Below are positions 9,219 to 18,337 of a stretch of 64,000 bases of DNA, in pieces; the stretch's first letter is position 1; every line of letters starts with the position of its first letter. The notes beneath the pieces were generated by a model, which saw only the letters and a program-made list of their open reading frames with translations, was not told the origin of the DNA and searched no databases. This DNA is from a virus, in IMG/VR virus record IMGVR_UViG_3300035698_011044, positions 23,554 to 87,553 of that record, one strand, 5' to 3'. The translations under genes were made by a program, and so were the position numbers.

Positions 9219-9710
9219 TTAAAGTTCGACTTTTTCGTAAGTCTGCTTAAAGATATCTGGTTTGCATGGGTAATACTCACCCTTCACTCCAGTTATAATG
9301 AAATCTCCAGGACAGACGACGTGTCCACCCTCTAGGGTATCTATATCATTAAGAGATAAAAGCTTGCCAGAATCACTACAACCCGAAAGCACTCTCTTCC
9401 GTAATCTACGTACATTGATACCTGTTAATTCAGACCATTCTGATACGGACCTAGTTACACCATTATGGGTAATTCTAATAGTGGAGCTCTTATTACGAGC
9501 CTGCTCAGTCTTAGTTGCCCATTTGCAATTATCTTTATAATAGCCCTTATTGTTATCAATACGCTCTATAGAATAATTGGATCCTGGGCGAGACCCCATA
9601 TCTCTAAAAAAAGACTCAAAACTATTCATCCAATCAGGGCATATGACTACACCTCTACCTCCGTACCTATCAAAGAACTCACTGTTTGGGTTAGTTGTCC
9701 TAGTCTTCAT
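9219..9710 (-). CDS. HNH endonuclease fused to a C-terminal TLEG...PGD...YPCKPDIF phage domain
   Basis: YGGRG...SIERIDNNKGY...NCKWAT..EQARN, then IDTLEG...PGDFIITGVKGEYYPCKPDIFKQTYE. Confidence 0.8.
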   Translation of the reverse strand: MKTRTTNPNSEFFDRYGGRGVVICPDWMNSFESFFRDMGSRPGSNYSIERIDNNKGYYKDNCKWATKTEQARNKSSTIRITHNGVTRSVSEWSELTGINVRRLRKRVLSGCSDSGKLLSLNDIDTLEGGHVVCPGDFIITGVKGEYYPCKPDIFKQTYEKVEL

Positions 9711-9743
9711 AGATTCCCAACAGACATATTCAGGGCTATCATC

Positions 9744-10211
9744 CTAACAAGGGTATTCGTTTTGCAATAAATACCCCTCAAGCTGCCAGATCTTATCCCG
9801 AGCATTCTTGAATGCGATTTTATTCCCGATATCCTGGTCAAAGTTCTCTGGAGAAACACAAGCACTCTCACCACGAACAGTGTAACCGTTCTGAAGAGTG
9901 ATCTCGCAAATTACACACTTCTTCGATGGGAGGTTGGTGTAAGTTGTGTCGGCGATTTTCTTGTCGATATCGAGGGGGGTCAGGCGTGGAGCATTGAGCC
10001 CCTTCTCCTGGATTTGCTGCTCAATGTTTTCTTCTGTACTCATATCTATTCCTTTGGTTTGAGACTCACTGACTACTGTTAATATGTCTAAGTTTTCTGA
10101 TACCGGCACTAATTTCGTTGTGCGGCCACTTGTTGTAACATAGTACTCTATAGGCTTTATTTTCTTCTCCACCATAAAAGCTGCCATTTTTCTTAGCGAC
10201 GCTGTATCCAT
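9744..10211 (-). CDS. phage Gp49/Sf6 gp66 family protein (candidate Acb4-like nucleotide sponge)
   Basis: APRLT, LQNGYTVRGESACVSPENFD..IG.KIA..NA..KIWQLEGYLL; conserved domain starts at an internal ATG at 10043. Confidence 0.75.
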   Translation of the reverse strand: MDTASLRKMAAFMVEKKIKPIEYYVTTSGRTTKLVPVSENLDILTVVSESQTKGIDMSTEENIEQQIQEKGLNAPRLTPLDIDKKIADTTYTNLPSKKCVICEITLQNGYTVRGESACVSPENFDQDIGNKIAFKNARDKIWQLEGYLLQNEYPC

Positions 10212-10480
10212 TATCTAAACACAGTCTTCATTGGAGGTTCCCAGAACGGATCCACGTCAGCTTTAATCTGCACCGCCGGAAATCTCTTGCTCTTCTCCGC
10301 AACTTCAGCATCACGCTTCAACTTCTCTTCTGCACGCTTCTTCTTGCGCTCCATCTCGGAATCATCGCTCCAATCAATGTTCTCGAAGTTCTTGTCGAAT
10401 ACCTCGTGATCAATATTGAGAGCAGTTTCCGGACGTGAAACAGTGCGGATAACGCGCTTAACGCTCTTCTTGTCTGACAT
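10211..10480 (-). CDS. hypothetical protein
   Basis: ORF with GGGAG RBS. Confidence 0.55.
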   Translation of the reverse strand: MSDKKSVKRVIRTVSRPETALNIDHEVFDKNFENIDWSDDSEMERKKKRAEEKLKRDAEVAEKSKRFPAVQIKADVDPFWEPPMKTVFR

Positions 10481-10580
10481 AATTTCTCCCTGAAGCTTTC
10501 ACTCTTCTATTCCGTTTAAGAGCGGGCAGTGGCCAATGTTTTTACGGTCGCACTGCCCTTTACTGAATTAGCATACAAAT

Positions 10581-10609
10581 AATATAATAGCACGTTTTGT
10601 TATTGGCAA
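10581..10609 (-). promoter_or_regulatory. sigma70-like promoter with operator-like palindrome in the spacer
   Basis: TTGCCA-17-TATATT; AATAGCA-N5-TGTTATT at 10586-10604. Confidence 0.6.
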
Positions 10610-10645
10610 TCTCTTTCTTAATTTTTAATAAGAGACTGCCAACAA

Positions 10646-10834
10646 CTACATTTTTCCCATGGTAGTCTTAGCCTTGCCCGCCTGCTTGTACGCCATTGCT
10701 GAGGCTATATCGCGAGCGTGCTTATCGGATCTCGGAGTAATGTTTCCGATACGACCAGTAGACTTGTAGCCATTGAGAATCTCTTCGATGTTACCCTGAA
10801 TGGTCTGGGTAGACTGTCCTTTCGCTAATGGCAT
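10646..10834 (-). CDS. small conserved phage protein (MPLxKG family)
   Basis: MPLAKGQS..TIQGNI...A.AMAYKQAGK pattern recalled from phage packaging regions. Confidence 0.6.
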   Translation of the reverse strand: MPLAKGQSTQTIQGNIEEILNGYKSTGRIGNITPRSDKHARDIASAMAYKQAGKAKTTMGKM

Positions 10835-11529
10835 TATGCGCCTCCATATTTATAACGGGACATCCCATTACGTTTTCCTGCATACTGAGCTCGAGGTGAC
10901 CTACCGCCGATTGTCTGGAACTGAGCACTGTCACCTGAAGTGGTAGATGGAGCGCTATATCTATTCTTGATCCTGCCAAGAGCCCGTCCGTTTTCTGCGA
11001 CATTGGCTGGGGAGGCGTTCTTTGCTGCTTGCTCGGCATAATACTTCTCTTTAGCAGCTTGTTGTCCAGCACTTCCGCCAGCCGACCTCATTCCAGCAGT
11101 AGCGCTACTTGCCATCCCTTGACTTGTGTTCATCTTGCCCTGCTGCCCAGAGGCTTTGGCTTGGGAAGTTTTTATCGCAGCCTCTTTGGCCCTAGACGCT
11201 GCAATAGACTTAGCCCTTGCCTCTTGTTGCCCTGCACTTCCCCTAGCATGGCCAACGCCAGCAGAAGCGTTGCTTGCCATACCCTGATTGATATTCATCT
11301 TACCTTGCCGAGCAGAAGCTTTTGCCTGAGAAGCTTTCTTTTCGGAGATACGATCTTCCATCGGTTTAAGTGCAGACATCTGAGCCTGCCTCTTTTCGGC
11401 CATCTGAGTCTGTCTGTCTGCTTGAGTATTATTCATCCCACCATACCGGCTCTGCATTTGAGCCCTGTTTTCATTTGAGTCAGTTCTACCTGCCTGAGAA
11501 CTGCCTGCTTTTCTTCTGCCGTACATCAT
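10834..11529 (-). CDS. Ala/Gln/Ser-rich basic protein with internal duplication
   Basis: Two copies of QAKAS..QGKMN..QGMAS.A.AG...GSAGQQ.A. Confidence 0.6.
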   Translation of the reverse strand: MMYGRRKAGSSQAGRTDSNENRAQMQSRYGGMNNTQADRQTQMAEKRQAQMSALKPMEDRISEKKASQAKASARQGKMNINQGMASNASAGVGHARGSAGQQEARAKSIAASRAKEAAIKTSQAKASGQQGKMNTSQGMASSATAGMRSAGGSAGQQAAKEKYYAEQAAKNASPANVAENGRALGRIKNRYSAPSTTSGDSAQFQTIGGRSPRAQYAGKRNGMSRYKYGGA

Positions 11530-11554
11530 AACTGTCTCCCATTGAAGTCTAAAT

Positions 11555-13618
11555 TTAAGTCATCCATCCACTGCCGGAGGACGCATTACTAACACCTCTC
11601 TCAGCCTGAGCTACTTCTCTCCACCGTCCTGCTGCGGTTTGTGCTGCGAGATTCTTGAGATACCTCGTGTGTTCATTGGAGTAATTTTTCATCTTATGCT
11701 GCCGAGGAGACATTCTGCCGGTCTCCCAGAGAGATGAGACGATATTACTGAGCGCCCTGCACAATCCATGTCCCGGGGCTGGTTTGTTGCGCTCCATTGT
11801 CCAAGAACTCATTTGCCGAGAAAGCTTCTGACACTTTGCGTGTATTACAAGCTTCTTCCTGGAGAGTAATCTGCTAACATAAGTAATGGATCCAAGTTCA
11901 TCGTATTTATGGTTAGGTCTCAGATTATACTTCAGCTTCCGGTATGCAGACCGAGTATCACCTCCGGCCTTTCCAAACATCTTCGGGCTACCATACCACT
12001 CGAAAGCTCTCATATCTCTTAATATACCATTGGTATCTGCTTTTAGCATCTCTGTAAGTGCAACAGCCGTAATTTGTGGCCGAGTAGTTCCAGAGACATA
12101 TTCATCAAAAACAACGAGCCTTCCAGTTTTAGCCGTCCAAAGCATGAAGAGAACGCTGGTTGAGTAGTCGTCGTCAATCCACTCGCTGCAGAGGAGAATA
12201 GTCCGGTCATCGAGCCCCTCCCATCCAATATTAAATTCTGCAGTTTCCCCACGGTACTCCTTAAAGATTCGCTTCTCCAACTTCAAAATCTTATTCCCGC
12301 CCGATACCGCATCCACGCCATCACGTTTTCCAAATGGGAACGCTACGCACTGCGCAATGAAAGCCTTGTTCCAATTAGCACGAAGGAGATACACTCCTCC
12401 CTGTTCAGCAAGTGCATTCCATGGCCTAGCCCTCTCCACCTTTTTACCGCTCGGAGGATCCCCGATAACAATTCTGTCCGCCAACACATTCCTGGTGTAA
12501 TGATCTGTCACGAATTTTCCGGAAGAACCTTTCTCCTCCTCGATTGCGACTCTGACATCCGGCCCATCCATATCTGCACAGGCTCGAACCTTCTTCTCTG
12601 TATTCGCTGGCAACTCTTTGAACATGGTGATATCTGCAATATAGAGGTTTGCCCCCTGATACCCCACGAGGGCCCCTGCAGTGAAGTCTGGATCATTATC
12701 CTCCTTCTCTTCGGTTGCAGCGAAATCCCAGTACCTGAGCCATTCTACGCCGTCTGGGAGTATGTCTAGGTATTTGAACCACTCAGCTCTGAACATTCCC
12801 TTCTTGGAAGAGATATTCCAGTTACCTTTGAGTAGTTGTTCACGAGTAACTGCATCCTGCATTGATAATTTTCTAGCGTAGTCAGCATCACCCTCTGGAT
12901 TATCAGAGAGTAGCGCTGGAATAAACGTGAATGAATAAGGAGGAAATCCCTCTTCATCGATGAAATCTTTATCTACCCATGTAATTATGTCGTCCACAAC
13001 GACAAAGTATCGAACAACCCCACTCCGCTCTGCAATCGGATAACCATTTTCGCCAATCCACCAATCAACGAGAGTTCTTACCCAGCCACCAATTGGATCC
13101 TCTTCCTCCCCGCTGGTTGGATTGCAAGTAGCTCGGGTATAACATTTTCGGTCATACCCATTCGCCTGCCTATTCCTGGTGAGGAGATAAAAGAACATCT
13201 TCCTGGTAAAGTGAGTAAGCTCATCAAATCCGAGAAAGGCAATCTGATCTCCCTGGTGATCGATTGTATTCTTCTCATGTTCGAGATGTGAGAATGATAT
13301 CTCTGAGCCCGAAGGAAATCTCCACTTGAGTCTGTTCTCAACCGGCACTCCTCCTTGAGTAGGAAATAACTGCATAGAAGTATCCCAGAGTCCACCTGAG
13401 CTTGTTACTTGCTTACCGGTTCTCCTGAAGATCGTTGCAGTGAATCGTGGATGACTAACGTGTCGAAGTGGATCCAGAAGCATAGCATAAGATTTTCCCC
13501 CGCCGGCAGCCCCGCCATATAGCACAAAATCTGCCTTCGACTCCAGGAATTTAGTCTGGGGTCCAGGGTTTGCCCTGATCACATTATAAGTAACTCCGTC
13601 TATTACTTCGAGGGGCAT
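11555..13618 (-). CDS. terL: terminase large subunit with C-terminal extension
   Basis: PQ motif, YGGAAGGGKS Walker A, GFDELTHF Walker B, ATCNP, RYWDFAAT and RDGVDA nuclease motifs. Confidence 0.92.
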   Translation of the reverse strand: MPLEVIDGVTYNVIRANPGPQTKFLESKADFVLYGGAAGGGKSYAMLLDPLRHVSHPRFTATIFRRTGKQVTSSGGLWDTSMQLFPTQGGVPVENRLKWRFPSGSEISFSHLEHEKNTIDHQGDQIAFLGFDELTHFTRKMFFYLLTRNRQANGYDRKCYTRATCNPTSGEEEDPIGGWVRTLVDWWIGENGYPIAERSGVVRYFVVVDDIITWVDKDFIDEEGFPPYSFTFIPALLSDNPEGDADYARKLSMQDAVTREQLLKGNWNISSKKGMFRAEWFKYLDILPDGVEWLRYWDFAATEEKEDNDPDFTAGALVGYQGANLYIADITMFKELPANTEKKVRACADMDGPDVRVAIEEEKGSSGKFVTDHYTRNVLADRIVIGDPPSGKKVERARPWNALAEQGGVYLLRANWNKAFIAQCVAFPFGKRDGVDAVSGGNKILKLEKRIFKEYRGETAEFNIGWEGLDDRTILLCSEWIDDDYSTSVLFMLWTAKTGRLVVFDEYVSGTTRPQITAVALTEMLKADTNGILRDMRAFEWYGSPKMFGKAGGDTRSAYRKLKYNLRPNHKYDELGSITYVSRLLSRKKLVIHAKCQKLSRQMSSWTMERNKPAPGHGLCRALSNIVSSLWETGRMSPRQHKMKNYSNEHTRYLKNLAAQTAAGRWREVAQAERGVSNASSGSGWMT

Positions 13619-14136
13619 GGCGCTGGTTTCTCTGTCCCGTTAGAAGGAAGCATGATAAGTGTCTGGATTCCAGCAGATCCATCCGAGCTGGTAATATCGA
13701 CAGCCTTCTTGGATGGAGCCAGTGCGCCCGCCATCTCATTGTAGATCTTAATGAAGCCCTTGTCTCCAGCAGCAACTCCCTCTACAACCTTCTTGATAAC
13801 ATCCCCAGGAGGAAGACCCTGCTTCGCAAACATTTCTACAGTGAAGTTCTCGTAAGCGTGCTGGATTTTCTCTTTGTTGACAGCCTTCCCCCACTTGTCT
13901 CTCACGCCTCGCTTCTTAATGGCAGAAAGAGATGGACAGACTTTCATCACTTTAGAACAAGCTTGGTGCAACAGCCTAAAGCTCGCAAAAGATCCAGATT
14001 CATAGTACGACTTGAGTAATGCCCACTCCTGTTCTGTGTACTTTAATCCAGATGACCTCCGCTGCTTCTTGGGTTCCTCAGTCTTCTTAGCGACTTTCTT
14101 CTTCGGCCCTTTTACTGGGCTCCTCTTCGTTGCCAT
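13603..14136 (-). CDS. probable terminase small subunit
   Basis: Directly upstream of and overlapping terL; HTH-like N-half, VDITSSDG C-terminus. Confidence 0.65.
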   Translation of the reverse strand: MATKRSPVKGPKKKVAKKTEEPKKQRRSSGLKYTEQEWALLKSYYESGSFASFRLLHQACSKVMKVCPSLSAIKKRGVRDKWGKAVNKEKIQHAYENFTVEMFAKQGLPPGDVIKKVVEGVAAGDKGFIKIYNEMAGALAPSKKAVDITSSDGSAGIQTLIMLPSNGTEKPAPCPSK

Positions 14137-14221
14137 GTTATCTCCTCTGGACGTTTGTTACTTCTTCCGTGTACCAGTGGAGTTGCTTGCCTTACTATGC
14201 TTGTTGCCTGTTCTGGTTTCC

Positions 14222-14677
14222 TCACACATAGGATGGCGCTACCCGCTTAACTTCAGTAGCGACAATATCTCTCATAATGGCGCTAAATGTCTTCTCTGAA
14301 TAATCGCCATCGGCCAAGTCGCCACTTCTGTGCCAGTCTTCTCCAACACAACACTTTCTGTTAGTAACGATGCATCCGAGGTAGCCGCGGGTGTATTTAT
14401 TAGCTTCATTCTGCATACCTGGCTTCACTGCGATTTTGTAGTTGTGGTTCTCAGTGTAGAGATTGACACTAATCCTCTCTGGCTCATTAGAATATTGCTG
14501 AAACACGGCGTTTTTTGCTATCCCGCCGCTTCTGCTAAGGTATTTGTCCAGCCAATAGTTCAGCTCTGGAGCAAACTCTTTGAATTTCTCCGCCGAGAGA
14601 TTATGCCTGTAAGGCTTTTGCGAAAAAGGTCCTTCGCACTTATTGGTAGTTGGTGTTTTTTCTGTTTTCATAATCAA
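14222..14677 (-). CDS. hypothetical phage protein
   Basis: ORF with GYLGC...RK...GEDWHR..DLADG pattern. Confidence 0.65.
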   Translation of the reverse strand: MIMKTEKTPTTNKCEGPFSQKPYRHNLSAEKFKEFAPELNYWLDKYLSRSGGIAKNAVFQQYSNEPERISVNLYTENHNYKIAVKPGMQNEANKYTRGYLGCIVTNRKCCVGEDWHRSGDLADGDYSEKTFSAIMRDIVATEVKRVAPSYV

Positions 14678-14708
14678 CTCTCTTTCCTACGCCGAGTACC
14701 TATGTAAG

Positions 14709-14828
14709 TTATTTCTTGGGAGCCTTCTTAACCGGCTGCTGTTTTGTTCCCTTGTTTCCTCTTCCTCCGCCTGTTCCATCTCTTCGTGGTGTTCCTCCGC
14801 AAGCTCCCTGCTTTGTTCCTTTTGGCAT
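14709..14828 (-). CDS. small Gly/Lys-rich protein (39 aa), not in ORF track
   Basis: AAGGAG RBS; MPKGTKQGACGGTPRRDGTGGGRGNKGTKQQPVKKAPKK. Confidence 0.5.
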   Translation of the reverse strand: MPKGTKQGACGGTPRRDGTGGGRGNKGTKQQPVKKAPKK

Positions 14829-14857
14829 AACATGCTCCTTCTGTTGGTTTGGATTAA

Positions 14858-15142
14858 TTACTTGTGCTTACTTAAATCAAGAAACTCTCCTCCGGAAAGG
14901 ATGTTGCCTCCGAAGATCTTCTCTGGGCCAGTGCACTCTATGTTGCAAATCTCCTTTGCACTGGGAACATAAGCCATCCCTCTGCGATCGCCGTCACCCG
15001 GGTCTCCCAGCTTATCTTTTAGGGTCTTGGCAGTCTCTTTGATTTTCTTGATCTCAGGAGAGTCGGGCTCGGGCTTTCCAGCTACAAGAACACCGTGTCT
15101 CTCCCAAGTGCGAGCATCTATTGTGTCGCTAAGAATTGACAT
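14858..15142 (-). CDS. hypothetical protein
   Basis: Translationally coupled ORF. Confidence 0.5.
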   Translation of the reverse strand: MSILSDTIDARTWERHGVLVAGKPEPDSPEIKKIKETAKTLKDKLGDPGDGDRRGMAYVPSAKEICNIECTGPEKIFGGNILSGGEFLDLSKHK

Positions 15143-15369
15143 TATGCTTTCCTTTCATTGAAGAATATATTTAGCCAGGATTTTTTCTCAGGTTCAGGAG
15201 TGTCTGAAATTCTCGCCGTCCCAATCACGCGGGGAGTAGATATTGCATTGCAAAGGTTTCCGCAAGCCCCCTCGGAAGAACGACTGTGCCTAATTGGTTC
15301 TTCTATCTGTCTGGAGCTATCTGCAATAACCTGCCCCAAAGCAAGTCCTGTTGTTAGATCAAGCATCAT
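15142..15369 (-). CDS. hypothetical protein
   Basis: Translationally coupled ORF. Confidence 0.5.
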   Translation of the reverse strand: MMLDLTTGLALGQVIADSSRQIEEPIRHSRSSEGACGNLCNAISTPRVIGTARISDTPEPEKKSWLNIFFNERKA

Positions 15370-15602
15370 GTCCTTCCGGCTTCAACCGTAGTTATCGGTC
15401 TTGGGATTGGGTTATAGATAAACATCTCTTCCCGAGAGCTGCTCAAGCTACCGAGATGTCCCCACGTGATCCTACGTGATCCTACGTGATCCTACGTGAT
15501 CCTACGTGCTTCTTGGGATAACTTTAAAGCTCTGGCAACATCATAAACATCAACCATCGTCAAAGGTTTAGATATTACTTTTTTGATAGTTTGTGTTTCC
15601 AC
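15366..15602 (-). pseudogene. small gene interrupted by a TAG created by tandem-repeat expansion
   Basis: GTG at 15602 to TGA at 15366 is one frame with a single TAG at 15492-15494 inside the repeat; both ends overlap neighbouring stop/start codons. Confidence 0.6.
15464..15508. repeat. 10-bp tandem repeat (ACGTGATCCT) x4.5
   Basis: Perfect copies visible in the sequence. Confidence 0.95.
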
Positions 15603-15904
15603 TACTCCCACACTACAAGGTTACTTAATGATTTGCAAAATTGTTCTGGAGTAGCCTGTTCGAGCTTGTATTTTTTATACCACAGCTTACAATCGAACGC
15701 TTCTCTCCGTGAGTTTTTAAACTCTCCCGCACTTCTTTCGGTAATGTACTCTTCCGTTTCATTTACTATCCTGTTTTTCGCTTCCCGCTTTTCAGCAGTT
15801 TTGCTCCCACGCTCGTCACTTTCCCACCAATTAACATACCCCTTTTGAGGATGGCAGTCGGTTTTCCCCGGGAAGTTGATTGGTCTTCTACCCATTGGTT
15901 GCAT
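15602..15904 (-). CDS. hypothetical phage protein
   Basis: Coupled ORF, HPQKGYVNWWE motif. Confidence 0.55.
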   Translation of the reverse strand: MQPMGRRPINFPGKTDCHPQKGYVNWWESDERGSKTAEKREAKNRIVNETEEYITERSAGEFKNSRREAFDCKLWYKKYKLEQATPEQFCKSLSNLVVWE

Positions 15905-16233
15905 TAAGAAGCTTCTCCGGCTTTCCGGACCCGCCGAGATTCCTCGTATTTTCTCAATTCAGCCTCGTATTCAGCCTTCTGTTTTGGGGTTGTGGTAACA
16001 CTATGTCTTTTAGTGAACTTCTCCATTGCAGATTCATACTCTCTAGGAGTAAGACCTTTGCCTATAGCAAGAGCATCCTCGATCTCCTTGGTGCAAGTGC
16101 CTGCTGGCATTGTTTTGTCTATGTTAGATATTATTCCACACCTCCCACGCCTTTTTAAAGCATTCGAGTTGATAGACTCGCACACAACTCCTATCACTGC
16201 AGGTGGAGATATTGCGTTTGGGTAAGATGTCAT
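15904..16233 (-). CDS. hypothetical protein
   Basis: Coupled ORF. Confidence 0.55.
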   Translation of the reverse strand: MTSYPNAISPPAVIGVVCESINSNALKRRGRCGIISNIDKTMPAGTCTKEIEDALAIGKGLTPREYESAMEKFTKRHSVTTTPKQKAEYEAELRKYEESRRVRKAGEAS

Positions 16234-16727
16234 GATCTCCCCCGCCTTTTAGAGAGCATTTTATCGAGGGCTTCGTTACGGCTTAGAGCTTTCTTCTTTT
16301 CTTTAGTTTCAATGGGAGCATAAAAATCCTTGTATCGCACAGGAAAAGCATGGAACACGAAAGATTCTTCTGGGCCCGCCAATCTTTTGCGTCCATAATC
16401 GTCGATTTCCTTGCATTTTTTAAGAGTTAATGGCTCGGGGGATATTTTGTGAGAATTATAGGAATGATAATTTTCAGAGTCTCTGGCAGTACAATCCTCT
16501 GACACTTTCCCAAAAAGCTCTGCAACCATATTTTCCTGAATTTCTTCCCAATGATCGGCAATCACAATCTCTAACATCTCCTGTAGAGCTTTCGCAATTT
16601 CCGAAGATACCTCATGATCAACAATCACTACTGGGGGGTGGTCCTTCAAAGCCTGCTTGTAATTGTCAGAAATTCTTTGACAGAACACTCTCGCGGTCTC
16701 GGATGGTTGGCGTTCTCTTTGCATCAT
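16230..16727 (-). CDS. hypothetical protein
   Basis: Coupled ORF (ATGA overlaps). Confidence 0.55.
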   Translation of the reverse strand: MMQRERQPSETARVFCQRISDNYKQALKDHPPVVIVDHEVSSEIAKALQEMLEIVIADHWEEIQENMVAELFGKVSEDCTARDSENYHSYNSHKISPEPLTLKKCKEIDDYGRKRLAGPEESFVFHAFPVRYKDFYAPIETKEKKKALSRNEALDKMLSKRRGRS

Positions 16728-17614
16728 AGGCCACTTGAATTGCTAGAGTTTTCGCCAGTACGAGTAGCCTTCTCTTGTGTTTTCCGTTTGTCCATATACG
16801 TCTTCACGCCATTCTCAAGCTCCTGCTTGACGTTGATAGGTTGTTCTGGTGTTGGAAGAGGAGATGGTCCAGTAAATGGTGGCCCGAAAGATTCTACAAG
16901 GTAAACTCCATCAAATTTTCCGACAAGAAATGGGATCTCAGGCATTGTCTCGCATTCAGATTCAGGAATAGCTATCATTTTAGCAAGACGATCTTTTGGG
17001 CAAAATACGCCAAGTTCCTTCTTTGTAAGATAACAGATTGGCAATCCTCCTGCCTTGGAACCCGTTTTAATCCAAGCGTCCTTAATATTAGAAATTCTCT
17101 CGAGCAGAAAGGCTCTGGTTATTGGTAACGCTGAAATCCCAGCCTCTTCGTAAACTTTTTCTGTTGCATCCTGATATTCTTTTGCTTTTGCGTTTTCAAC
17201 TTCCTCCAGAGCCCCGTGACCAACCACTTCTACAGGATGGCACCTCTTGGCCATATCTTTCTCAGTCTTCGCCTTAGCTTCTTTCATATAAGCAAGATGC
17301 TCTTTTCCCCATAGGCTATCTTCCATAACATACATGACATCCTCGCGTACTTTTTTATCAATTGCACTTGTGCGAAGATGAGGGGTCTCTGCTTTTTCTA
17401 GGGGATTTTCCAGCTCTTTTATTATAAACCTGAACCCCTCGAGCTGGCAAGGCCGAAAATGTTCCAGTGTAAAAATTCCATCTTTACTGATTGGCACAAT
17501 TTCGGGAAACGCAGTCGTGACTACAAATCCCATTTTGGCCAAGTGATCTCTAAGTATTTGCTCGACCTTCTTGGCTGGCATTATGATTGTTGTTGTTTTC
17601 TTGATGTCCATCAC
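16724..17614 (-). CDS. hypothetical protein
   Basis: 296-aa ORF on the coding strand. Confidence 0.6.
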   Translation of the reverse strand: MMDIKKTTTIIMPAKKVEQILRDHLAKMGFVVTTAFPEIVPISKDGIFTLEHFRPCQLEGFRFIIKELENPLEKAETPHLRTSAIDKKVREDVMYVMEDSLWGKEHLAYMKEAKAKTEKDMAKRCHPVEVVGHGALEEVENAKAKEYQDATEKVYEEAGISALPITRAFLLERISNIKDAWIKTGSKAGGLPICYLTKKELGVFCPKDRLAKMIAIPESECETMPEIPFLVGKFDGVYLVESFGPPFTGPSPLPTPEQPINVKQELENGVKTYMDKRKTQEKATRTGENSSNSSGL

Positions 17615-17657
17615 TATTCCTTTTCCGGCTTTTTGACTAAGCTCTTGGTACTATATA

Positions 17658-18134
17658 TTATACATTATGTTCAGGGTTTTGGCAACTACAGGATACATTT
17701 TCAACCATGTCTATTAGCCCTTTGACAATCTCCATCACGCTGTAGTATCCCTTCTCTCCGCGCAGATAGACCGCATTGCAACGACGCTCAGAAAGTCCCA
17801 CGCCCAGCCGCTCACACACTTCGTCTGTAGTCTTGCTTGGCTTTGGGAGAGCGTCTCCTATAATATTAAGGGTATGCGTATCAAGATCGAATAGAGAGCA
17901 TTCGGCGCAGAATCCATCTATCTCCACCACCTTCATGTGCTGCGTGCATTTCTCCTCATAGCAGTAGCGTCTAAAAGGCTCCCCCCCCGACTTGGGTTCT
18001 TTCCGATGCTTGCACCCGAACTCTCGCTGGTTCTGGTTGAGATCATTCTTCTTTGCTTTCTTAAGGAACTCTGCTACTCCTCCGGCTGGAATGTCAATGC
18101 CTTTGGATGTTTTGATTTTCATTTTCATATTCAC
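17658..18134 (-). CDS. hypothetical Cys-containing protein
   Basis: AAGGAG RBS, 158-aa ORF. Confidence 0.55.
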   Translation of the reverse strand: MNMKMKIKTSKGIDIPAGGVAEFLKKAKKNDLNQNQREFGCKHRKEPKSGGEPFRRYCYEEKCTQHMKVVEIDGFCAECSLFDLDTHTLNIIGDALPKPSKTTDEVCERLGVGLSERRCNAVYLRGEKGYYSVMEIVKGLIDMVENVSCSCQNPEHNV

Positions 18135-18337
18135 TGTTCTCCTTAATCAATGGTTACTGTCAAGATTTAAATACCTTTTGTTTATTTCACTTTTAATTTT
18201 TCCTATCTCACGCTCAAAATATGTAATCCTACGTTTTGACGCTTTGTGTTTCAAGCTGTTTAGCTCTGCTTTGTGTATCATTAAAGTTGAAATTGAATAT
18301 TTTGAATAGTCCACACTCTCTCCTTGTGTCTACTGGT

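Noticed and set aside
9219-9743. Group I intron or intein around the HNH
   Set aside because: No room for an intron core and no intein terminal residues.
10495-10575. c-di-GMP riboswitch in the leader
   Set aside because: Only a simple hairpin; the conserved two-stem tetraloop/receptor pattern was not found.
15464-15508. CRISPR-like array
   Set aside because: Head-to-tail 10-bp units with no spacers; the Cas4-like gene sits in a recombination module.
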